In this document: positions 25,001 through 37,000 of the stretch, piece after piece
Layout: every line of letters starts with the position of its first letter
Position numbering within the stretch: position 1 is the stretch's first letter
Assembly (NCBI RefSeq): GCF_026571515.1
Contig: NW_026859498.1
Coordinates: forward strand, 1-64,000
Source of the DNA: Ruditapes philippinarum
Taxonomy: Eukaryota
Direction: 5' to 3'
Length of the DNA stretch: 64,000 nucleotides
Made by a program: the position numbers and the translations under genes
Notes under the pieces: model-generated
The model's input: the letters and a program-made list of their open reading frames with translations, nothing else
Databases searched by the model: none
Told to the model about the DNA's origin: nothing

Positions 25001-28000
25001 TATCTAGCATTGCCAAGATAACTGCATAAAAGTGTTGTTTGACTATTGAAATTGCATTAATACAATAATAATGTCATGGGTCTCGGGTTCAAGTCAGGAT
25101 GCACATTTTTCTCATCTTGTCACAAAAACAAATTAATATGAAAATTATTTTAAGAATGTGTATGAATATGTACTATATTATCAAGTTACTTTAACCCTTT
25201 CCCTCATAAACATATTGTGAAAAATGGCCGTTTTCATTGAAAAGCCTCCTATTACAAGTTCAAACTGCTATGAAACTATGAAGAATGCTTCAATACTAAT
25301 CAAACTTGGCACAAATGTTGACTGGACCATTGCCTTGCCTTTGTGATGACATACTCAGTCTTAAATTTCCTGTTACAAATGAGGGGACGTCTCAAAATTG
25401 CCAAAAATCACTATTTTGCCTTGATTTTCTCCATCAAAATTTATTTTAAAGTGCCGCAACTTCTCAAGGGATTGAGACAGAGTCAAAGGCTTTTCAGTGT
25501 TGGTTACACGTTACCTTATGATGGACCTGAGGTCATTTTTAGCCTCTCACAAGTCCAAAATTTTCTTGGCAAAGAGGGGGACTACCGCCCCCCCTTCAAA
25601 CCCCCCAAACAGAAGGGGGCACATCCCCCTTCTGGAACATCCTGATGTATTTTTTGGATGGGGGCTGGCTCACCTTTTTTAGCAACATTTCTCAAACGAA
25701 AACATGTGTTTGGGGCCCAAATAGGACATTTTTTCACTATTTGAGGCCTAAAAGAGGGGGGGGTTGAAAGTGCGTTGTTTTGCGTATATAGGAGGTAAAG
25801 AGTTAATAGGAGATGCATTGTGAATTTTTGGATTCACTGCTAAAGCCGAGCAAGCGGCTGTGGGAAATATTGAACATCACACCATCATAAATAGACTAAA
25901 TAATATTGCTTTATGAGATGCCCTAATATCCTGAATTTTCAATTATGGAGTCTTCATAAATTGTTTTCAAAGCTTTTAAGAAATTTCTTATTTTAGAGTT
26001 GTCTTATACACTTACTTTTGCATGCGTTTTTCAAGAACAGGTTTAACAAGGTCCAACCAGTCTGAGCCCTCTGGTACAGCACCTGTAGATACAATAAACT
26101 ACTTGTCATTTCTGTGACACAATTCTTTAAGGATATGTGTACTAATAAAAGGTATAAAGTTCACAAGCTAGGCCCTGAAAACCTTTTTTTTATCCAAGCC
26201 TACAATAATATTCATGCCTGCAAAAATAATCCTGTATAATATATTAGATCATAATAATTAAATAATGATTTTTATAAATGATTTGTGTCTTTAACAAACA
26301 TATTTTAAAACATATTTTAATAGTTCTAATTAGTGCCCTCCCCCCTCTTGGAAAAATGCAAGCCCCCAGGTGGTTTGGGATGTGTTTAATAGAAACAGTA
26401 TGGTAATCTTTTCTGAGGCATAATGTGCCTTTGAAGAAAATGGTAAAAATTGAAGCTTCATCATTATCATAATGGTTTACCTAGATCTATTGGCCCATCT
26501 TTAAGACCATCCAGCTCGTATAATCTACCATCTATGGGGATGTAACTTACAAAATGGAACACATCGTCGTCTTTCTTTGCTTGTTTCTCATCAAACTCAA
26601 ACATTTGCTGTCTACAATAATATAATAATAAAGACTTCAAATTTAAATCTTTAAAGCTGCATGCCTCCAGATGAGCCAAAATATTTCAAGAAAATCAAAC
26701 TTTGGGAAAACACAAAATGACAAAAATATTGTAGGAAAAGTAAATAAATTCAAGAAATATTTCATATCTAATGTGCTATCAATGAATGATTTTGCGGTAT
26801 TTATCATCATATTTCTACTGCGTTACTAACGCAGTAAGGGCTATTTTTTGCATATTTAGACCTCTTTTTGGTAATTTTGTAGATGGTTAGTGCTGTTTGC
26901 AATATGTAAATTTTCTGGGTGGCAGAGTAGCACAGACTGATTATCTAATATCATACTCACCTTGAGAAGCTGTTGTGCACTTGTTTGATAATATCGGAGT
27001 TACTTAGACTGAGCCCTCGTAGCTGGGGAAATAAAGATAGTGTCACAGTTATAAAATGGTCTTTAGAGAATTAACATATTATAACTAGCAGTGAAAATAA
27101 TGCAAAGCAATACATGCAGTGTTAACGCCTGTCTGTTATAACTTTAGACAAATGTTGTAACTTATTTAGGGACATAACTCCTAAAATATAGCTTTCAGAA
27201 TTATGCCCCTTGTCATACAACTGTATTTGTCATGATAAGCAAGTACTCCATCTCGTTAAATAAAACAATATTTTGCTACCAGAGGCTAGCATAATATGAT
27301 TTTATTCAACTTATTCAATAAAAATAGTATTAAACTTACTCTCATTCAATATCCTCTATGTAAATAACACTTGTATAATGCCTGTTAGAACCATCAGAGA
27401 AAGAAATGGTAATATTAATTTGTTTCTGTACTTATTTTCAGCATATTGCATGTTTAGTGGTTCCATCACATGTATAATGGTTACATCACATGTCTAAATG
27501 TAGAACTTCAACAGTGATTTTAATGCATAATAATACACAATATCGGTCCATCTATGTTCAATAGTGAAAAATGCTGGTCGTGTTAGAATTTATAATATAC
27601 AACAATACTTACAGCAGGGTCAAAGTTCTGTGAAAATTCTTTGAAGGATGAGAGAGTCTCTCCCAAGGTAAGATCTGGATGACTACAATTTAATAATATA
27701 CTAAGGATGGCCTGTGTTGCGCAAGCATTATTAATAACCTGTAAAGAAAAACATACAAATATGAGACTATAGTCCAAGGTTACAAATAAAATCTCTAAGT
27801 TCACGCTCAGATCTCAGGTATTTGATTGGTCAGAAACCTTCACGGAATGTACACTAACCAATCAAAATCCTGAGATTTGTCAGGTAGAACACAAACAAAA
27901 AAGTTTTATAACCTCAGAGTCAAGAACATTGGTTTCTTATCCCTTAGCCTGATGAATATTTTTAATTAGACTTCCTCTTTACTCTGAACTGTCCATTATC

Positions 28001-31000
28001 ATTTTTTTGAGGGGGTTTTAAAGGTACAAAAGTTCTAATTACATTTATTGTGTAATTCGTACATAATTTGAGCCGCGCCACGACAAAACCAACATAATGG
28101 GTTTGCAACCAGCATGGATCAAGACCAGCCTGAGCATCTGCGCAGTCTGATAAGGATCCATGCTGTTCGTTATCAGTTTCTCTACTTGTTATAGGGTTTG
28201 TAAGCGAACGGTATGGATCCTGATCAGACTGCACGGAGACAAAGGCTGGTCTGGATCCATGCTGGTCGCAAACCCATTATGTTGGTTTTGTCGTGACACG
28301 GCTCATTTATTGATGATACGAATGTTTTTTTCAAATTATGTCTTTACGTTTGGTCTGCTTTTATAGTTTAAAACTGCCATAATATGGCCTATAATGCAAG
28401 ACATCAAGCCCTTGTAAACATTCTGTCATTGCTCTCTTGCTTTACTGTCATTGTTTGATTATAGTCTAGCATGCTGTCCATCCCCCCTAGGAGGCCTGCT
28501 AGGAAACAAATTTGGCCTGCTTAGCTGAAAGTTATTGAGAACCCTGATTCATAGATTTCCATTAATTTCTCTAATTAAATAAAACATTTCACTGAGCATA
28601 GTACTAGTATATCTTTGTAATTAAAAAAATTCCCATGCAATTAAAAGTAAAAACGGTTGCAAAAAAAGAAACAAGTCAGCCAACAGTATAGAGCCTGGTT
28701 AGCAGGCTGGCCTGACTCTAATCTATAGATACTGCCAGCAAAGACGAATCACTGTCAGTTCCAGCACAGTGTAGGTTACCCATTTGAGGTTAAAAACTTA
28801 CAAGATATTCACGATGGACAGCATGCTAGACTATAATCAACCAATGACAGTAAAACAAGAAAGCAATGACAGAATGTTTACAAATTCACAAAGGGAGATA
28901 AATCAGTAAATATCCATGCTAGAGTTATACAGGTTAGTACATATCCTTGAACTCTGAAGTCATGTAATACATTGCAAGTTTCTTGTAACTCTAGATATAT
29001 ATTTTCAGTAGTTAGGCAAATAGAACCTGTATATAAAACAGAATTTCCCAATTCTACCCAAAATTCTAAATTAAGAAAAGGTGTGATTCAGTTAAAATCC
29101 ATACTAAAATAATAAGTTAGTGAAAACACAAAAAAGAAAAAATGTTCAATATTGGTTTGGTGTAATTAAATTTAAACAAATGTAAAGCTTCAAAGGTACT
29201 ATGAAAAATCAAATGTCCAGGTGACTAAATTCGACTAGCTATCCTTTTGTCATGTGGTTATGAAATAAATAGAAACACAATACTGGACGGACTCACAGAC
29301 AGGCTGAGGTGTCAGAACCGCTGGTCAATTTTTGTAAAGCTTAAAATAAAGCAAACAAAAAATCTTACTTGAAACATGATCGTAATAATCTCCCTTCATA
29401 CCTGTTTAGCAAAGAATATCTTCTCCAGCCGACTATCTTGAACAATGGAACCATCTGGCTCTGTGTCTGGTACCCATTTAAACAGAAATATCAATCCGTG
29501 AACAGGTCTAAAATGAAATAAGTGGCAACAGTTACATGTACTTGCAAGTTAATTTAAAGGAACTCCACTGACCACTGAGGTCAAAAAAGCCTAAGAAACA
29601 TAATATTTAAAATTCTCACTTAAATCAAGTAAGGTATTTAAAAAGGAAACTAGAAATGTGTCATCATGCCACGGATGCCCCCGCATGCAGCCAAAATTTC
29701 AGATGGTGCTTTAATTATTTTTTTCATTTTAAGTTCAAAGCCCTTAAAACTTTTCAATGTTAACACAAACCATTTTCATTCAATGTTCAAGGCACTGAAA
29801 TTATTCAGTCTAAACCTTTTAAAAATAGCATATTGCATATTTGTAGCCAAAATAATGAGTGCTGAAAGTGAAAGTTCAAAATTTTTCCAACATTCAGGAA
29901 AGATAAGTTTGTCTTAAATCATTGAAATACAACCAAATTCAAACTTAAACTGCTTATTCCTAAGATGTATCTATATTATTTTCAAAGTGAAAGGGACATA
30001 ACTCTGCCAAAAAATCATCAAACCATGACCAAATTCCAACTTGACCTGCCCATTCCTTTGACATATCCATATGTCAAATTTAAGTTGCATATGTAACACT
30101 GTTGGGTAGATAATGAACAGAAACTGTAAATTTCATATTATTTTCAAAGTGAAAGGGGCATAACTCTGCCAAAAATCATTGAACCATGACCAAACTCGAA
30201 CTTGCCTGCGCATTCCTTTGACGTATCCATATGTCAAATTTGAGTTAAATGTGTTGTACCGTTGGGAGATAATAAACGGAAACTGAAAATTTCATATTAT
30301 TTTCAAAGTGAAAGGGGCATAACTCCGCCAAAAATCATTGAACCATGACCAAAATTGAACTTGACCTGCGCATTCCTTTGACATATCCATATGTCAAGTT
30401 TGAGTTGAATGTGTTGTACCGTTGGGGAGATAATGAACGGAAACTGAAAATTTCTTATTATTTTCAAAGTAAAAGGGGAATAACTCTGCCAAAAATCATC
30501 GAACCATGACCAAATTCGAACTTGACCTGTATTTTTTCATGAAATATCCATAAGTCAAGTTTGAGTTGAATGTGTTGTACCGTTGGGGAGATAATGAACG
30601 GAAACTGAAAATTTCATATTATTTTCAAAGTAAAAGGGGCATAACTCTGCCAAAAATCATCGAACCATAACCAAATTCGAACTTGACCTGTATTTTCTCA
30701 TGACATATCCATATGTCAAATTTGAGTTGAATGTGTGCAACCGTTCTTAAGATAATGAACGGAAACTGATGATGACGGAATGACAGAATGACGGAAGGAT
30801 GGAAGGACGGAAGGATGGAAGGATGGAAGGACGGAATGACGGAACAGGGTAACACTATATGCCCCGGCCATTACAAGGCGGGGGCATAAAAACTGCATTA
30901 ATTAAAAATCTTTTTTTTTTTTTTTGCGCTATTCTTTGACTTTTGGATTAATTTGCACAACAAAAATATCAATTCAGGAAAAACTGGGGGAGGGAATTAT

Positions 31001-34000
31001 AATTTGCATATAAGTTACGGCTCTAGAGATACATCAAATGGTACACAAATATTTGAAAAACAATTCCAGTCTCGTCATGTCAAAAAATTTCAGTTGAGTC
31101 CCTTTAATGTAAATTTCTGAACAAAAATATGACCCTGTTTTTTCCTCTCCCTCACCAGGTGCACACAATCTGTAAATTTTCAGGTCTTGTTGAATTTAGA
31201 AAATAAAATTGACACCAACAAAATTCACTAGTGAATTTATACATCACTTTATTAAAAGGATGGATTTTATTAAATTCTATACTGATATTCCCATTAGGCT
31301 TACAGTTATGCTTTGAACAAAATACAAAAAGCCAAATCAACCGACCTGGGGGACTGACATATTGAATCTAATTTTTATATATCCCTTTTATTATTATTGT
31401 AGTATATAAAAAAGGGCATTATTATAATGCAAGGTAATAAGTAAAATGACCCTGCAAAACAGAATTAAGGAGGCATATATATACCAAAATGACTGTCTTA
31501 AATGCATTCTAAGCTGCCTCAATACTTAATAAACACTCCATGTTGCATGCAATAAAACCAAAAATGACAGTAACAACTTCTCAAATTAACAATGGGGGAC
31601 AGTCTCAGAAAAGTCTTTAATGACAACCCTGTGACCACAGTGACACTCCCTTGTGAAGTTGTGGTCAGTTTGTACACATAAATGTTATAGCATATATATG
31701 AACATCCTTATAAGCTATTGACTCATATATAAATATAAATGCTTTAAATTTTTTATGACATACTTTAAATCTTTCAGTGTTTCTTCATCCAAGCTCCATA
31801 TCTCCTCCACTTGCACACCTTCACAACCTGTAAAATTAGAAATAACATTTTCAGAAACAGGGCCCTAAATATCTAACAGGGGACTCAAACCGGGGACCAG
31901 GGAAAAGGTATATTAAGGTAGGGTAATTTCTCTTTGTTTTAAAGAAAAAGTGGAATACTATATGTCAACAAAATCTCATATTGTTAAATGTTATATATAT
32001 TTGATTTTGCACAAAAAAAAACAATTTCAGTAAGATATAATTGGTCAAATAGTGATTTTTTTCACTGTATTTTACAGCTGAATAAAGGCTGTTTCCCCTA
32101 GCCCAAAATAGGTATACATGTATTTTCTCCTAAAAATGCTAATATTTTCCCATAAACAGACCTGGGGATGATTACATTGATCAGTAATTGATTTAATTAC
32201 AATTACTTTCAGATTTTATTGTAATTGATTACAATTGATTACTCAGTTTTGCCTCTGTAATCAATTAAATTACAATTACTTTGAGAAAGTAATTGATTGA
32301 TAATTGATTACATTCCATGTATAACTATAAACAAAAGTTTCTTTATGCTATTTAATATATACATTATATACATTATATACACAAAGGATTTCCAGCTCAT
32401 CAACAGTCATCATTTTTACACACTTTTAGTAAATGACATTTAATGTCACATCACTTTATCATATTTTAGCATTGCACTTTAGCATCATAAGTTCATGAAA
32501 CTGTCTGTCAGTCAGTCTGCATCTATAAGACGGAAAATTTTTCTCGCAACACTAAACAAACGCTCTACAGGGGCCAATGATGCAGGGATGGTCCTCAGTC
32601 TTCTTGGTGTAGGTTTCATAATGAACTCCCTGCAAAAGAAATATTTAAAGTGTCAATTGTACAGTATACTGTATACAGGTGTTAAAACAGGTGTGAAAAC
32701 AATAAATTTGTATATGGGAATTCAAAGAGACAATAGACTTTACAAAGAAATTATCAGTTTTTTTTACAAACACTTCAATGGTACAAAAGTATCCATTATA
32801 ATATAGACACATTGTCTATCACCTTACAAAATAACTGTTGCATATAATTAAAATACATGTATGGTAATATGCATCTGACATAAACTCTAGAATATACAAA
32901 GTAAAGAAGTTATCTACATTGTTTGAAACTTTTTAAAACATGGTTTAATCAAAATATTTGAAACAAAATTTAACATACCTTTATGTGGGTAATGAAATTT
33001 GAATGTGACTTAGTGTTTCCATTTATCTTCTTAGGGCGGAATCCGGACAATCCCCCTCCCGGACGATTCCCCTCCCAGTAAATTTGAATGTTTTTTCACA
33101 ACCCGGACATTTCCCCTCCCGTTATTTTTTTACGGCGGACAATTCCCCTCCCGTTTTTTTATCAACCCGGACAATTCCCCTCCCGTTCTTTTAACAACCC
33201 GGACAATTCCCCTCCTACAAGTTTTAATCGGCTTTAAATACATTTTGCTATCTCGTGCGGACGAGGGAATGGTATATCCCCAATTTTCATACATGAATAT
33301 AAACAAAACAAAACGCATTTTTTAAAATAATCTTTATTTCGTCAATACATTTTTGCAGCGGCAAAACAATAAAAGAACAATTGATGAGAACAAAACGATT
33401 AAGCTATAGATTCTTGCAAAGAATATATTATGCACATGTAATAGGAAATTGAACTGTCATCATCGTCATTATGATTAGAAAATCACATTCACCATATTGA
33501 ATCAGTACATGAAGTCAAGTCCTTACACAAAATATCAGTGATCATTTTGATTTTATAACACATTTGTAGGAGTTCTACTTCATTTCACAAGTCTTTCACA
33601 TTTCCCTATGGCATGTAGGAATTCCTGGGTTGATTTCGTTCCCGACTGAATTTCCTCGCACAGTTTCTTGAGTTTTCTCTGATGAGAGACTGTTTCTTTT
33701 CTCCTACGTTTCGTCACATTTTCTCCTACACTGTCTCTATACACCTCTGTCTCTACTAATGAATTGTCTTTCTGGAGGCAATTTATAACTGTCCACAATG
33801 ATGGATTACTGTGTCCTACAAGGTGTCTAAAACCATTGTTCCAACTCTCACAAACGTTGTTGGTGCGGTCACCGTCATTAAGTGTTGTTTCATGAACATT
33901 CCATACTTGGGGATCGAATCTTGGTGATGTCTTTCGTAGTCGAATTCGTCCATTACATAGCACTGATCTGTATGACCCAGAAACGTATGTTGAGTCAAAA

Positions 34001-37000
34001 TAGTCTACTAAACCTGACAAGACATCTGGGGCTGAATCTCGAAGAAGCGACATTCCTTCAGTCACCTTGCTCGCTGGAAGGAAGGCAAGGCCGTCTAATT
34101 GACCACAGAAGTGTCTGATATCCTTGTCTTCTCTGTACAACGACTGTAACCCTTCGCTTTGAATATGACGCCATGTAGCTTGTGTTAGATGATAAAAACA
34201 ACCCTGAAATAAAATAAAGAAGTTAGTCAAATCTAACAATAATCGGACACTTTTTAACACAAAAATAAAGATGAAACGTTACTATGTATTTAATAAATAA
34301 TATAACCAGTGATAGCATTGTGACTATTTGAAATAAGGTGTTTATACTTAAACATACAGACATATTTATTTTTGCTGTTTGAAAGAAACAGTGAATACTT
34401 GTATTATCTGGGATACATTTGATATGTTTTGTAAGCATACATACCTGTATATGGATACTTGAGCCAATGACTGATCTCACCGCGTTGTGTATGGCGATCT
34501 CATAGTCTGCGACGATTGTTGCTGGGTTGGGCCGGATGTCCTTCTGTAAGCAAACGTCTAAAATTGCTGTAAAACATTCTTCATAGTGTGATTGTTGTTT
34601 ACCAGGTAATAGAGCGTACACCACCGAAACATGTGAATCACTTAATGGAACTCTTATACAAAATAATTGTCCAAACTGTTGTGGTGCTGTGGAATGAGTT
34701 CCATCCATGTACCAAGTATGAGCGTTTCCTAAAAGTTCTAATCCGGTTTCACTTGAAAATATAAGGAGGCGGCTTGTGTCGGACGCATTGTCGTGTATCA
34801 GGAATGGTTCATCATTTTCTGCATTTGTAGTGGTGTAATCATTCGGTAGTGGATGTGGAATGTCGTTAATTGATGTTGGTTCTTTTGGTGCTTGTCCTCT
34901 TTTTACACGTCTAATTGATCTTTTCAGAGATTCATGTTGTCCTGTTGCTGCGCGCACCTAAAAAAAGAAATAAAGAAAGCTAACATACATTAAGGATTAA
35001 ACTTACATTCAATATAACATCGACCTTTACCCCTCACATGTTAATTTCTTTTTTACTAAGGTGCAATTCTGTTATTATAATGCAACAATATGTGCTATTC
35101 ACGTACACCAGACATATAGAGATACAGGGAGAAAAAGAATTTTATTTTTATTGTCATTTTATTTCTTTTTCTTTATAATACTTATTCTCTTTATATTTTA
35201 TTTTCTATTTAATATTTATTTTAAATAAATATTGTGCTAACATTATTCTTTCCGTAAAAAAACATTGTTATAATTACCTGCACTGGATATTGGAGCAGTT
35301 TATCAGCAAGAATCTGACCAGGTTTTCCTCTATTAGCATCAGCTGCATTCATTATTTCTGTTCTAATTTTTATGGCTTCTACTGCGAATTTATCTGCGTC
35401 ATGTGTGTGAGAAGTTACTGAATGAACACTCGTCATCTACAAAAGGAATAAATTTATAACAACTTTAAATTATTTATATACATTTGTAATACAAAAATAT
35501 ACACAACAAGTATTAACAAATTATGTTGTGGTTTTAATACTTCTAAAAGATACTATTTGTTTTTAAAATAGTTATTAATTTGTACAATGGCTCGTAAATG
35601 TAGGAATGTAGGAATAGTTAAAATTAGTTCTAATTATTTCCTGTTTTACTTAATTTTTACTTAATTATTTATTCCTGAAAACTTACGTTCAAGTCTGTCA
35701 CCGCAGCACCCTTGCATTTTTGGGCGTACCTCTGGGAACACTCCCATCGTATAGTAGATTTTGTTGTTCTCTTCTTGGTATAAACGTATCCATCATGACA
35801 AAGTTTTTTGGTACCGTTTCTTGTTGTAATAATTTCCATTTTGGAAGTGATTTGAAGAAAGATTTGACAATATTATAAATGTTTTCAGTTTAACAGTTTG
35901 TTTTTAAGAGTAAAAACTGTCATCCTTAATAATAAATAGACTAATTATAAAATAGTAAATACTTTTTGTACACTAATTACAAAACAATTATTGTGATCTG
36001 CTTTAACGATAATTAATAATTGTCAATAATTGGTTTTGCAATTAAGGACACATTTAATTAAGGGCGGCAATGATTAAAGATTTTTTATTGACAGTTTGTT
36101 TATCTTAAGCAGCGGCGGCAATGATTAAAGGCGGTATAATGTCACCTTTGTGAAATAATGATTGTTAAAAGTTCCGATCTTTAACAGTTTGTTGTTAAGA
36201 GCAAAGACTGTCATCTTTAATTAGTATGTTTATAGATTTTTTTAATCGCATAGGCGGCTATGATTAAGGGATGTATAATGTCACGTTCCGCTCTGTGAAA
36301 AAACGGGAGGGGAATTGTCCGCTCTGCTAAAATAACGGGAGGGGAATTGTCCGCCCTGTAAAATTAACGGGAGGGGAAAAGTCCGCCCTATTAAAATAAC
36401 GAGAGGGGAAATGTCCGGGTTGTGAAAATAATATGTAAGGGGAATCGTCCGGGAGGGGGATTGTCCGGGATTCTCTTAGGGCACAATTTGCACTGTGCTG
36501 TCACATTTCCAGATGTTTCTTTAGGAAATTCATAGATATCATAAATCCAATGATTTGACATTTTGGTTAGAATACCAGCCAAACAATGATGTCTATCTTT
36601 CAGTTAGAATTTGGTTAACTATATGGATTAAAACTTATTTCTTCATTGTGAGTGATGTCTTAAAATGTCTCACTTGATATTTTACTACCTTAGTTAAACT
36701 GTAACATGTGAAATAAATCATTTGAATTTCAATAGTTTCATGTAAAATCTGAAAGTTATCAATATCAATCAAATTGTAATCATAATTACAGACTGAATTT
36801 GTGCTGTAATTGATTAATTACAATCAATGTAATCAATTTTGAGCCAGGTAATCAATTACATGATGATTACAGTGTAATCATGTAATCAATTAAAAAATCG
36901 ATGATTACGATTAGTGATTACCCCAGGTCTGCCCATAAAATGCCTCATGCTCTTCCTTACCAAAACCATGACTTAACAGCATCTGACTTTTATCAGCTAG

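Larger units (their letters stand above)
32157..36931 (-). mobile_element. Internally deleted hAT element (~1.33 kb when empty) interrupted by a MULE
   Basis: TIR CAGACCTGGGG / CCCCAGGTCTG. 8-bp TSD CCCATAAA (32149-56, 36932-39). Subterminal GTAATC/GATTAC arrays. BED finger and hAT dimerisation remnants ([20 protein letters not shown] ... [18 protein letters not shown]). Confidence 0.9.

Noticed and set aside
36391-36582. Stand-alone 63-aa ORF
   Set aside because: It is the hAT BED-finger exon reading into the MULE TIR, not an independent gene.
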